NCBI GenBank assembly: GCA_041500865.1
Contig: JBGQMY010000003.1
Coordinates: 11,333-75,332 of the forward strand
Direction: 5' to 3'
DNA length: 64,000 bases
DNA from: Candidatus Micrarchaeia archaeon
GTDB lineage: Archaea; Micrarchaeota; Micrarchaeia; Anstonellales; J096
Shown here: positions 8,472 through 17,609 of the stretch, piece after piece
Layout: each line of letters begins with the position of its first letter
Position numbering within the stretch: the first letter of the stretch is position 1
Program-made: the position numbers and the translations under genes
Notes under the pieces: generated by a model
The model's database searches: none
Told to the model about the DNA's origin: nothing
Seen by the model: only the letters and a program-made list of their open reading frames with translations

Positions 8472-9383
8472 TTAAAGCGCTTTCCCTACCGCATCCAGGA
8501 ATTCCCTGATTGGCGCTACGATCTGGGCGTCGATTATGCCAGGCATCCTGCCAACAGCGCTTACAGCCCTATTATATGCGGCTTTCAGCTCATCAGCCGA
8601 GATGCCGGGCACTTTGATAATCGTCTCTTTTTCAGCCGGTTTTCCTGACTGAACATTAGAGGCAAGAAGCGCCTGGATTTTTTCGGTGTCCCCTTCGGGG
8701 ACTTCCAACGCCACCCCGAACGCACCGGACGGCCCGAAGTACGCGTAGACGCCCTGCCTGCCGTAGCCGAGGTCGTCGACGACGCGGACCAGAAGGCCCA
8801 CATATGAAGAACCATTCAGCCTCCAAAGATATCTTGCATCCGGGCTTTGCGGCACCTTGTCTCCATGCGGAACGCCTGTTTCCTTATGCGGCATGTACAA
8901 GCCATCAGGACCTGGGAATTCTGGAACCGGTATCAGCCTGTCTTTTGAAATGTCCAAAACCATTGAATCTCCGTCTTTCTGGAAATCTTTTGAGGTTAGA
9001 CCCAGTGCCACAAGCGCAACGTTCTTTTCGCCCTTATAATCCCCTGTTGTCGGCAAAACTATCCTTGAACCGTCTCCTGCGGAAAAGACTATCTCCTTTC
9101 CCAGTCTAACGCCTGGCTTTTCATAGGCGATTGAGGCGTCAACAGCGAAAGGCGTCATTGGAACCAAGCTTCTCCATGTCGCTCCAACGTTAAGCGCAAC
9201 ATCCGCTGTGTTATGGGATATGACTAGGCAATTGGTTCCATGCACATTGTTGAATTCCTCAACTAAAGGATGGGCATCAAAAAGCTTTGTTGTTCCGCTG
9301 TTCCTTAGAATCAGTATGTTCTTCTTTTGTCCGTTAGCCTCTAACTTTATCAGTTCCTTTCCAGCAATTTGGATTTGTGACAT
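8472..9383 (-). CDS. DGR target (variable) protein with internal VR
   Basis: Codons 196-225 (GLLVRVVDDLGYGRQGVYAYFGPSGAFGVA) are the VR. Confidence 0.92.
   Translation of the reverse strand: MSQIQIAGKELIKLEANGQKKNILILRNSGTTKLFDAHPLVEEFNNVHGTNCLVISHNTADVALNVGATWRSLVPMTPFAVDASIAYEKPGVRLGKEIVFSAGDGSRIVLPTTGDYKGEKNVALVALGLTSKDFQKDGDSMVLDISKDRLIPVPEFPGPDGLYMPHKETGVPHGDKVPQSPDARYLWRLNGSSYVGLLVRVVDDLGYGRQGVYAYFGPSGAFGVALEVPEGDTEKIQALLASNVQSGKPAEKETIIKVPGISADELKAAYNRAVSAVGRMPGIIDAQIVAPIREFLDAVGKAL
8688..8702 (-). promoter_or_regulatory. DGR target-recognition hairpin (GAA triloop)
   Basis: GTCCCC-GAA-GGGGAC, 7 nt downstream of the VR end. Confidence 0.8.
8710..8798 (-). repeat. DGR variable repeat (VR)
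   Basis: 20 mismatches to TR over 89 nt, all at TR adenines. Confidence 0.97.
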
Positions 9384-9492
9384 ACGATATATTGGGAACC
9401 AAAGGATTTAAAAAACACACCTTTTAACACAAGATTACACATAGATGCCGCTGTTAGAAAAACTAATAAACCTACCCCTAACATAAGCCTAT

Positions 9493-10074
9493 ATGTCCAA
9501 ACCGATAAAGGGAACACAGACGGAAAAGAACCTTCTCAAGGCATTTGCCGGCGAATCCCAGGCAAGGAACAGGTACACGTTCTTCGCGTCCGAGGCAAGG
9601 AAAGCCAATTATGAGCAGATATCCGCGATATTCCTTGAGACCGCAGAAAACGAGAAGGAGCACGCAAAAGTATTTTTCAAATACCTGGAAGGCGGGGATA
9701 CTAAGATAACTGCGACTTATCCTGCAGGAAGGATAGGCACGACCGCGGAGAACCTGCTTGAGGCGGCAGACGGCGAGAAGCTAGAATGGGGCACGCTATA
9801 CCCGGAGTTCGAGAAAGTCGCAAGGCAGGAAGGCTTTCCGGACGTTGCAAGCTCGTTCAAGGAGATAGCCGAAGTCGAGATGCACCACGAGCAGAGGTAC
9901 AGGGCGCTGCTGGACAACATCAAGACCGGCGCGGTGTTCAAGAGGAAAGGGGACGCCGTGAGGTGGAAGTGCAGGAACTGCGGCTACATCCACGAAGGGC
10001 CCGAGGCGCCAAACCAGTGCCCGGCATGCAAGCATCCGCAGGCGTATTACGAGCTGCTGTGCGACAACTTTTAG
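9493..10074 (+). CDS. rbr: Rubrerythrin
   Basis: [12 protein letters not shown], two ExxH motifs, C-terminal CxxC...CxxC rubredoxin-like domain. Confidence 0.95.
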   Translation: MSKPIKGTQTEKNLLKAFAGESQARNRYTFFASEARKANYEQISAIFLETAENEKEHAKVFFKYLEGGDTKITATYPAGRIGTTAENLLEAADGEKLEWGTLYPEFEKVARQEGFPDVASSFKEIAEVEMHHEQRYRALLDNIKTGAVFKRKGDAVRWKCRNCGYIHEGPEAPNQCPACKHPQAYYELLCDNF

Positions 10075-10079
10075 ATTTT

Positions 10080-10553
10080 TCAGTTTAGCAGGAACACTGC
10101 CGCGTTCAGCAGCGCGGCAAAAGACACCCAAGCAATGTAAGGAGCCAGCAAAAGCCCGGCCGTCTTGGACACCTTATTGAATTCATTTATCGTCATTGCG
10201 ATTGAAGCCCAAAGCGCGATGATGCACAAAAGGCCCAGAAGCGGGGAATGCATGCCGAAGAAAAGGACAGACCATAAGACGTTAAGGATTAGCTGGACTG
10301 CAAATGCCGCCATGGCGCTTTTGGTTTCACGCGTTTTCCGTTCCATGAAAACCAGGTATGCGGCAATGCCCATCAGGATATATAGGATTGTCCAAACAGG
10401 CCCGAAGACCCAATTTGGAGGCGAGAAGAACGGCTTGTTGAGGCCGGCATACCAGCCTGTTATTGAGGGAAACGTGAAGATTGGGCCGATTGCGCCTGCA
10501 ATTAAGCAAACAACAACAAAAGCAACGGCGATTGCGGTGTCCCTTGCGTCCAT
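10080..10553 (-). CDS. tspO: TspO/MBR tryptophan-rich sensory protein
   Basis: WYAGLNKP, PPNWVFGPVWT, PYIAWVSFA motifs. Confidence 0.92.
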   Translation of the reverse strand: MDARDTAIAVAFVVVCLIAGAIGPIFTFPSITGWYAGLNKPFFSPPNWVFGPVWTILYILMGIAAYLVFMERKTRETKSAMAAFAVQLILNVLWSVLFFGMHSPLLGLLCIIALWASIAMTINEFNKVSKTAGLLLAPYIAWVSFAALLNAAVFLLN

Positions 10554-10605
10554 GGCTGGCTTTCTGCTCAGCATTTTAAAATACCTTCCAAACACCATTT
10601 GGTAC

Positions 10606-10690
10606 GCAGGGGTTGCCAAGCCCGGTCAAAGGCGCGGGACTTAAGATCCCGTCTCTCAGGAGTTCGTGGGTTCAAATCCCACCCCCTGCA
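10606..10690 (+). tRNA. tRNA-Leu(TAA)
   Basis: GCAGGGG/CCCCTGC acceptor stem, long variable arm, GTTCAAATC T-loop. Confidence 0.95.
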
Positions 10691-10762
10691 TTCGCACCGG
10701 CTCATGCAGTGGCTGGTTTGGAGCTTCGGCTCCAAATCCCTCCAACCGTCCGCGGTTGAAGG

Positions 10763-10777
10763 TCCCACCCCCTGCAT
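10763..10777 (+). repeat. Duplicated 3' end of tRNA-Leu
   Basis: TCCCACCCCCTGCAT identical to 10677-10691. Confidence 0.8.
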
Positions 10778-10820
10778 AATTTTTTAAACTGGTTAAACCG
10801 AAAGATTCACTGGGGATGCA

Positions 10821-11396
10821 ATGGAACTCACGCTGATGCTTTTTTTGATTGCTGTAATCGTAATCAACGCCATCCCCGCATTCATGCCGCCAACGTGGGT
10901 ATTGCTGGCGTATTATTCCAGGGGCAGCGGCGTGGACCTGCTGGTGCTTGCCGTGCTTGGCGCAGTTTGCTCGACAATCGGCAGAATCGTGCTTGCCAAG
11001 TGGTCCGGCCCGGTCACGTACCGCTTCTTCAGCAAGTCCATGGCCAGAAACGCAGAATTCGCGCATGAAGAAGCGGCGAAGCATCCGGGCGCGGAATTCG
11101 TAAGCTCCTTTGTCTATGCCCTCAGCCCATTGCCGAGCAATACGGTATTCATCGTTACAGGCGCTGCAAATCTCAGGCTTCTTCCGATTGCAGGGGGCTT
11201 TTTTGCAGGGCGCGTAATCTCGTATTACCTGATTATGAATTTGGTGCGCTTTTCAATGTACCAGCTTGGTAGGATGTTTTCATTCTACGACCCTACCGCA
11301 TGGGTTCTGGACTTTCTCGGGATTGCGCTCTCCTTGCTGGTCTTCACAATAGACTGGAGGGGCCTGCTCCAGAGAAAACCCGGAAAAAAAGCTTGA
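10821..11396 (+). CDS. Membrane protein (DedA/VTT-like)
   Basis: Multiple TM segments; PAFMPPTW and SPLPSN re-entrant-type motifs. Confidence 0.6.
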   Translation: MELTLMLFLIAVIVINAIPAFMPPTWVLLAYYSRGSGVDLLVLAVLGAVCSTIGRIVLAKWSGPVTYRFFSKSMARNAEFAHEEAAKHPGAEFVSSFVYALSPLPSNTVFIVTGAANLRLLPIAGGFFAGRVISYYLIMNLVRFSMYQLGRMFSFYDPTAWVLDFLGIALSLLVFTIDWRGLLQRKPGKKA

Positions 11397-11479
11397 GGCT
11401 TTTTGACAGGGAAGTTAAGCCGGCAAAGGGCGTCATTACGGCAAACAGCCACAAGGAACTTGTTGAGGCGCTTGAAAAA

Positions 11480-12514
11480 TCAGGAATTGGACTCAATCAG
11501 CGAAACCAGGTTCCGGATTCCGTTCATCTTCTTGCCCGTGCGGTAGAAGACGTCAAGGTTCCGCCTGAGCCTCCTTGCCTTCTCTATGGCCATTGAAAGG
11601 CTGTACTCGTTGAGGCTGGACTGCTCCAGGTATTCGCCGATGCCAAGCTCTTTCACCATCCTGCAGTTGTTCACCCTCTCCGGATACCTTGGATTTGGGA
11701 TGCAGACCATGGGCTTGCGCGCCATTATGCTTTCCATTATGCCGGTGTGGCCGCCGTGCAGGACGTTGAGCATGCTGCCGCCTACGAACTCACGGACGTT
11801 TTCAACGTATATCAGGTTGCCCTCGCGCGGCCTGCTGCCGCGCATGATGAAATTGTAGTCCTTCATCCGCTTCGCGACTTCAGCTATGCCGCTTTCGGTG
11901 TTGAAGCCGGCGCCCAGGTTCAGCACGATTGAGCTGTTCTTCACCTTCCTTATGCTTGAAAGGTCCACCATCGGGCCAAGGAACTCCGCCGTCTTCGGAA
12001 GGTTGTGGTGGATGTTTTTCGCGCATATGGCATAAGGCAAGGGAAAATCCGGAACTGCAACGATGTTGGAGCTTGAGAACGCGGACGAAAAGAACTTGTC
12101 CAGCCCCTTGACAAGCGCCTTCTGCATGCCTGAAAAGAACACGGAGTTGTCCGTGTTGTTTGAAACGAAGATGACCTTCTTTTTCAGCATGGTTGACAGC
12201 ATCAGGCCGAACATTGAGGAGTCAATGACAACCAAGTCCGCGCCCTCAATCGCCTTTTTCGCTGTGTCAATCGTTTTCGGGTCAAAGCGCTTGACGATTT
12301 CAGCTATGGAGGCTGTCACGTCCAGGCCCTCCTGGCCGAGCTTTATGTCATACGGCTGCTCGACGTCAATAACGTCCACATGGCCCTCCTTCAGGTATTC
12401 GGAGCCCTGGCCGTAGCTTAGCACGCTGCCCCCTGTCCTGCTTATGACAGGCAGCATCCTCGCGGCATGGCCGTAGCCGAGGCCTTCCACTATAAATGAA
12501 ACGTTCTTCGGCAT
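11480..12514 (-). CDS. Glycosyltransferase, GT-B (MJ1255/GT28-like)
   Basis: GLGYGHAAR N-terminal motif; HGGHTGIMES. Confidence 0.8.
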   Translation of the reverse strand: MPKNVSFIVEGLGYGHAARMLPVISRTGGSVLSYGQGSEYLKEGHVDVIDVEQPYDIKLGQEGLDVTASIAEIVKRFDPKTIDTAKKAIEGADLVVIDSSMFGLMLSTMLKKKVIFVSNNTDNSVFFSGMQKALVKGLDKFFSSAFSSSNIVAVPDFPLPYAICAKNIHHNLPKTAEFLGPMVDLSSIRKVKNSSIVLNLGAGFNTESGIAEVAKRMKDYNFIMRGSRPREGNLIYVENVREFVGGSMLNVLHGGHTGIMESIMARKPMVCIPNPRYPERVNNCRMVKELGIGEYLEQSSLNEYSLSMAIEKARRLRRNLDVFYRTGKKMNGIRNLVSLIESNS

Positions 12515-12619
12515 GAGAAATTGACCCGTAGCCATGTCTGCCTGGTGTTTTAAAAAGAATTGCGGCATCGGATTAGGTTTTTAAATGCTTTACCCAAAAT
12601 GTCCCTTAGCTGGGCTTGT

Positions 12620-12719
12620 GGGCTCGTAGCTCAGTCGGTAGAGCGACGGTCTTATATGGCGCGTTCTAGCACAAACCTAAGTTAGCCGTAGGTCCTGGGT
12701 TCAAGTCCCAGCGGGCCCA
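12620..12719 (+). tRNA. tRNA-Ile(TAT) with 27-nt intron (12657-12683)
   Basis: GGGCTCG/CGGGCCC acceptor; canonical BHB (CTTA:TAAG helix, TAT and TTA bulges) gives mature loop CU-UAU-AA. Confidence 0.88.
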
Positions 12720-12732
12720 CTTTTTCAATTTT

Positions 12733-13740
12733 GTGGTTGCAATGCCGTGCATAAAGGTGGAAAAACTGAAGGCGGAGAAGGCCATAAGGAGCCTGGCGGC
12801 AAAGGGCCTGATTGACATGTCCTTCTCAGTCATGCATGACAAAAGCCACGTTTATATTCCTGTAAAGGAAAAAATCAGAGGATACGCATACTCAATGAAA
12901 AGGCCAAGGCCAAGAAAAGCGGGGCCGCGCAACCTTTCAGAGGCGCTTGGATTGCAGGGCGTGAAAGCCAAGAACGCGCTGTCCTCGTTTGACCTGCTTG
13001 GCAACATTGCGGTCGTGGAGCTGCCGAAAGGCATGGACGCAAAAAAGGCAGCAAAGGCCATCATGTCAATCCATAAGAACATAGAGGCAGTTTATGCAAA
13101 AAAAGGCGGCATGGAAGGGAAATACCGGGTAAGGAAGTTCAGGCTGATTGGGGGAAAGGGGAAGAGCGTCGCAAGATACAGGGAAAACGGCGTGGCAATG
13201 GAGTTTGACGTAAAAAAGGTGTTCTTCTCGCCAAGGCTTTCAACAGAAAGGAAAAGGGTCGCCGGCCTTGTAGGAGAAAACGAGAGCGTGCTCGTGCTTT
13301 TTGCGGGCGTCGGGCCTTTTGCGCTATGCGTGGCAAAGGAAAGGCCAGCAGCGAAAGTGATAGGCATAGAGCTTAACGCAGAGGCTGTCAAATGGTTCAA
13401 AAGGAACATCAAACTGAACAAGCTGGGCAACGTTGAAGCCGTGCTGGGCGACGTGAAAAAGGAGCTTGCCAAAAGGGAATATGCGGGATGGGCGGACAGG
13501 ATTGTCATGCCGCTGCCCAAGGATGCGGAGCGCTTCCTGAAGGATGCAGGAAAGGCGTCAAAAAAGGGGACAATAATCCATTTCTACACGTTCGTGGACG
13601 CGAAAAGGCCGCTGGAGCACGCAAAGGAAAAGATAAAGGCCAATCTGGAAAGGCCTTTCAGGATAATCCAGGCCAGGAAGGTCAGGGACTACTCGCCAAA
13701 AACCGTGCAGGTCGTGGCTGATATAGAGATCCTGGGCTAG
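12733..13740 (+). CDS. trm5: Trm5/Met-10+ family tRNA methyltransferase
   Basis: VFFSPRLSTER, LFAGVGPFA SAM motif, DRIVMPLP. Confidence 0.85.
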   Translation: MVAMPCIKVEKLKAEKAIRSLAAKGLIDMSFSVMHDKSHVYIPVKEKIRGYAYSMKRPRPRKAGPRNLSEALGLQGVKAKNALSSFDLLGNIAVVELPKGMDAKKAAKAIMSIHKNIEAVYAKKGGMEGKYRVRKFRLIGGKGKSVARYRENGVAMEFDVKKVFFSPRLSTERKRVAGLVGENESVLVLFAGVGPFALCVAKERPAAKVIGIELNAEAVKWFKRNIKLNKLGNVEAVLGDVKKELAKREYAGWADRIVMPLPKDAERFLKDAGKASKKGTIIHFYTFVDAKRPLEHAKEKIKANLERPFRIIQARKVRDYSPKTVQVVADIEILG

Positions 13741-13808
13741 TCTGGCACTGGCACCTTTTGGCTGGCATGGGGCTGGGGTGTGCGTTCAAAATGGCAGCAA
13801 ACGCAAGG

Positions 13809-13919
13809 TTAGAAGGAAAGCGTCACGCCCTTCTTCTTTTCAACCGTTCCCTCGCATCCCATGTCCTCCAGGTCCTTCATGTCCTTGAGCGTCATGCTTT
13901 CTATTGAAATTCTCATCAT
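13809..13919 (-). CDS. Possible 36-aa small protein (below ORF-track cutoff)
   Basis: MMRISIESMTLKDMKDLEDMGCEGTVEKKKGVTLSF with GGTGA just upstream. Confidence 0.35.
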   Translation of the reverse strand: MMRISIESMTLKDMKDLEDMGCEGTVEKKKGVTLSF

Positions 13920-14013
13920 GGTCACCAATGAATGCTCCGGATTCCTTGTTTATAAAGAAGGGCAGACCTCATTGCCAGAAGCCCAGGATGATGGGCGCTA
14001 TGCCGAAATGATA

Positions 14014-15138
14014 CTATTGTTCTTTATTGCCGTCGACCTCTGGATTGCGCAGCGTGGTGTTTCCGTCAAGCCCGTCTATCTCGACGCTTGCCCTGGTAGA
14101 CATCCTGGCGCTCACAAAGTCACCCAGCCGCTTCAGCGGCGCCTTTTCGGCGGCTTTGAACATCTCCTGCTGTATTGCCCCGTCCACCCAGGCGTTTATC
14201 TGCTCCCAATCGCCCTTGTCAATTGCCCTGGCGATGGCAGGGGCCTCCTTTTTCACATCGTTGATATAGCGGCACTTGGCTTCTAATTCAATGACCTTGA
14301 ACCTTATGAAGGCGAGCCTCTTGTTGACTTCGCCCTCCTCCCACCCCATTATGGACTTTATCTTGTCGTTCACTGCATTCATTATCTTCCTTATTCTCCT
14401 GTTGACGAAGAAGTCCATGAGCTTCCCTGTGGTGAAAAGGACCGTGGAAACGACGAACGCCCCTGTCCCGAGGACCATGGCCACATTGCTGCTTCCGGCC
14501 ACTTTCTCAACTACGTCCCTCAGGTTTGACGCGAATGCTGCGGTCGTCACGCCAAGCGAGGCGGATATTGCGCTTAGGTACGTCATTATCCTTGGCCAGG
14601 ACTTTTTTGAAAGGAATTCGTTGGCATAGGCTATGTCCTTTGACTGCTGTTTCTTAAGCACGTCTATCTCGCAGTCGGCGCTTTCCCTTATGTCTTTTAT
14701 AGTGTAAAGCTCGCTCATTATCATTGAGTATACCGTTGAGACAAACTTGAAGTCCTTGAGCGCATTGTATCCCATGCCGATCAGTTCGTGGTTTATCGTC
14801 TCAAGCCCGCAAATCCTCGCGTTTATCTCCTTTAGCGCGTTTGGTATGCTGTCGCAGTTGAACACCTGGTGGGCTTCTGCCATTATGTTGGATATGAACC
14901 ACGGCGCATCGTACTTGTCCTTTGCTATTATTGAATTTAATATGATTTTCAGCTTTGTGTCATCGTCTATGAGTTTACTTATGACCTGGTTTTCCTCGCA
15001 CTTGGTGTAAACGCTGAGAAGCACGTCATTGGCATTTTTCTGGAAAACGCTGCGCCTGTCCTTTGCGCTGAACTTTCTGGTGTACTTTAGCCTTCTGGGC
15101 TTTTCCTGAGGGCCCTGGTTTTCTGCCATTTGCGCCAC
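14014..15138 (-). CDS. Hypothetical protein with central two-TM hairpin
   Basis: 374-aa ORF; two hydrophobic helices flanked by helical segments. Confidence 0.7.
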   Translation of the reverse strand: MAQMAENQGPQEKPRRLKYTRKFSAKDRRSVFQKNANDVLLSVYTKCEENQVISKLIDDDTKLKIILNSIIAKDKYDAPWFISNIMAEAHQVFNCDSIPNALKEINARICGLETINHELIGMGYNALKDFKFVSTVYSMIMSELYTIKDIRESADCEIDVLKKQQSKDIAYANEFLSKKSWPRIMTYLSAISASLGVTTAAFASNLRDVVEKVAGSSNVAMVLGTGAFVVSTVLFTTGKLMDFFVNRRIRKIMNAVNDKIKSIMGWEEGEVNKRLAFIRFKVIELEAKCRYINDVKKEAPAIARAIDKGDWEQINAWVDGAIQQEMFKAAEKAPLKRLGDFVSARMSTRASVEIDGLDGNTTLRNPEVDGNKEQ

Positions 15139-15202
15139 CTGTGATATATTGTGGTCAATAGGGTATTTAAATGGAGACTATCCGACGGAAAAAGCCCTTT
15201 GC

Positions 15203-16492
15203 CTAAGGCGAAATCCTTGTCCTGTCCCTTGGGAACAGCATGGCCTCCCTTATGTTAGGGAGGTTGAGCGCCTTCATAGTCAGCCTTTCAAGGCCAAGGC
15301 TCCAGCCTGCATGCGGCGGCGCCCCATAGCGGAATGAATCAATGTAGAACCCAAAATCCGCAGGCTCAAGGCCCCTTTTCTTTAGCTGCGTTTCAAGCAT
15401 GGCAGGCACGTGAATCCTCTGCGCGCCGCTGCTTATCTCCAGGCCCTTGTACATTAGGTCAAACGACTTGCAGATTTCCGGGTTGTCCTCTTTGGGCATT
15501 GAGTAGAACGCCCTTATCGCTGTCGGGAACTCGCTTATGACATATGCGTCCTCGTTGAGTATCTCGAATATCCTCTTCTCGTGCTCCTTTGAGAAGTCCT
15601 CGCCCCATTTGATTTTAACGTTATTTTCATTGAGCAGGTCTATCGTCTCTGTGTAGGTATACTCCTTGACGTTTTTTACCTCATGGATTTCCGGGTTGAC
15701 TGACTTGGCTGGCCCGAACTCGGACGCCTTCTTGATAATATACTTGAACGCGTCAACTAGGCATTTTATGGCCATCTTGTCGTCGCAGAAGCCCATTTCG
15801 CAGTCCATCTGCACAATCTCGTTCAGGTGGTATATGGTGTTGTGCTTCTCTGCCCTGAACACGGGCATCGTCATGAACACCTTTTCAAGGCCGCCGACAA
15901 CTGCCATCTGCTTGTACAGCTGCGGGCTTTGCGCAAGGAAGGCCTTGTTCTCGAAATACTGGACCTCGAACACGTCCGCCCCGCCCTCGGTGGCGGCCCC
16001 TACAAGCGTAGTCGGATGGATTTCAACGAACCCGTTTGAGAGCATGAAGTCCCTGAACGCAGTGACTATGACTGACTTTGTCCTGAATATTGAACTTACG
16101 CCTTCGCTCCTCAGGTCTATGAACCTGTAGTTGAGCCTTGTGTCTATCTCGGACGGAACGACCCCCGTAGGGTCAACAGGCAGCTTCCTTTCCACTTTTG
16201 AAAGCACGCTCATGTCGGAAAGGACTATTTCAACGCCGTCCGGCGCTATGCTGTTTTTTGAGACAATGCCTTCAACGAAAATTACGTCCTCCTTGTTTAC
16301 GTTAGTTTTTGAAAAGACGTCATCGCCAACGTCGTTCTTCTTTGCAATGACCTGGACCTTCCCTGTCCAGTCCCTCAGAAGTATGAACGCAAGCTTGCCC
16401 ATCCTCCTTGTTTCGTGCACGTAGCCGGAGACTGCAACCTTGGAACCGGGTTTCAGCTTGGCCTCGGCGACCGGGATACGGGACGACAGCAT
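15203..16492 (-). CDS. aspS: Aspartate-tRNA ligase (archaeal type)
   Basis: OB-fold N-terminus, AFLAQSPQLYKQ, FRAE, GLERL. Confidence 0.95.
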   Translation of the reverse strand: MLSSRIPVAEAKLKPGSKVAVSGYVHETRRMGKLAFILLRDWTGKVQVIAKKNDVGDDVFSKTNVNKEDVIFVEGIVSKNSIAPDGVEIVLSDMSVLSKVERKLPVDPTGVVPSEIDTRLNYRFIDLRSEGVSSIFRTKSVIVTAFRDFMLSNGFVEIHPTTLVGAATEGGADVFEVQYFENKAFLAQSPQLYKQMAVVGGLEKVFMTMPVFRAEKHNTIYHLNEIVQMDCEMGFCDDKMAIKCLVDAFKYIIKKASEFGPAKSVNPEIHEVKNVKEYTYTETIDLLNENNVKIKWGEDFSKEHEKRIFEILNEDAYVISEFPTAIRAFYSMPKEDNPEICKSFDLMYKGLEISSGAQRIHVPAMLETQLKKRGLEPADFGFYIDSFRYGAPPHAGWSLGLERLTMKALNLPNIREAMLFPRDRTRISP

Positions 16493-16496
16493 CTAA

Positions 16497-16835
16497 TCAC
16501 AGCTTCTTTGGCGCTTGCCTCTTCTCCTCCTTTTTCTCCTCTTTCTTTTCCTCTTCCTTTATGAAGCCGTTCCTCTTGAGTATGTATTTCGGCTCAACGG
16601 CCATCATGATGTCCGCATCGCTGTATGCGTAGGCTATCACGGTAGCCTTCCTTTCGCCGGCATGCTGGTTTATGGACTTCAGCACAAGGGTGTCCGGAAG
16701 CACGCCAGTCTTCAGCACTATGGCCTCCTTGACCTCTTCCTTCTTTGGAGTCGTCTTCTCGTACGCTATCTCAAAGACGAATTCCTTCCTCCCGATGACC
16801 TTGTTCTCAGATTTCGCTATTATGTCTATGTTCAT
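16497..16835 (-). CDS. rps24e: 30S ribosomal protein S24e
   Basis: ENKVIGRKE, TPKKEEV, EPKYILKRN. Confidence 0.9.
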   Translation of the reverse strand: MNIDIIAKSENKVIGRKEFVFEIAYEKTTPKKEEVKEAIVLKTGVLPDTLVLKSINQHAGERKATVIAYAYSDADIMMAVEPKYILKRNGFIKEEEKKEEKKEEKRQAPKKL

Positions 16836-16839
16836 GGAA

Positions 16840-17241
16840 TCAATCCCCCTTGAAGACGCGCACTATGGCCTTTCTGCCCATGGACTCCATGACTTCAACG
16901 TCCCTGCCTTCAACGACCTCTGCCTTGAGGTCTTCCGGAACGTATGCCTCGAACATCTCTAACGTGTCCTTGTTCATGAGCTGGACGGTGTCCCCGCTTA
17001 CGCTTATGACCTGCGCATTGTACTTGTTTATTACGGGAACGTGGACTTCGCCGTCGCTGCTGGTAAGGAAGTTCTTCTTCTGCCCGTCAAAGATGCCTAT
17101 TGCGACTATCCTCATCTTCGCCGCGCCGTGCTTGCCGGGCTTTGAGACGTCTATGCTCACGACCCTGCACGGTATGTCGTCTATTATGATATACCTGCCG
17201 GGCTTTAGGTCCTTTGCCGAGCCGAAGTTGAAATCCGACAT
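16840..17241 (-). CDS. eif5a: Translation factor aIF-5A
   Basis: SKPGKHGAAK hypusine motif. Confidence 0.97.
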   Translation of the reverse strand: MSDFNFGSAKDLKPGRYIIIDDIPCRVVSIDVSKPGKHGAAKMRIVAIGIFDGQKKNFLTSSDGEVHVPVINKYNAQVISVSGDTVQLMNKDTLEMFEAYVPEDLKAEVVEGRDVEVMESMGRKAIVRVFKGD

Positions 17242-17282
17242 CCTAACACCAGTTTTTGCTAAAAAGGAAAGGGCTGAATCTT

Positions 17283-17591
17283 TCAGCCGAAAAGGTTCGC
17301 AAGGCCTGCCGCAGCCTCCTCTTCCTTCTTTCCCTCGTCCTTCTTCTCCTCCTTCGGCTTTTCCGCCGCAGGCGCAGCCGCAGCCGCAGGCGCAGCCGCA
17401 ACCGCCGTTGCCGCCTTGAGAAGATCCTCGAAGTTCACGCCCTTGCAGGCGTCCGCGAGCACCTTTGCCCTGGCCTGGTCGGCTTCTGCGCCGGCCGCCT
17501 TCAGTATTGACACTATTCCGTCAGCGCTAACGTCCTTTCCCGCCCCGTGAAGGACGAGAACCGCATGCAAATATGGATCCACTTTTGTCAT
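17283..17591 (-). CDS. rpl12: 50S ribosomal protein L12 (aP1)
   Basis: Ala-rich hinge, acidic segment, GLANLFG end. Confidence 0.93.
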   Translation of the reverse strand: MTKVDPYLHAVLVLHGAGKDVSADGIVSILKAAGAEADQARAKVLADACKGVNFEDLLKAATAVAAAPAAAAAPAAEKPKEEKKDEGKKEEEAAAGLANLFG

Positions 17592-17609
17592 TTCAATCTA
17601 CCTCTTTTT

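Larger units (their letters stand above)
7071..9383 (-). mobile_element. Diversity-generating retroelement cassette (target/VR - TR - RT)
   Basis: RT plus TR/VR pair with adenine-only mismatches. Confidence 0.95.

Noticed and set aside
17367..17402. GCAGGCGCAGCC-type tandem repeats
   Set aside because: Encodes the ordinary Ala/Pro hinge of ribosomal protein P1
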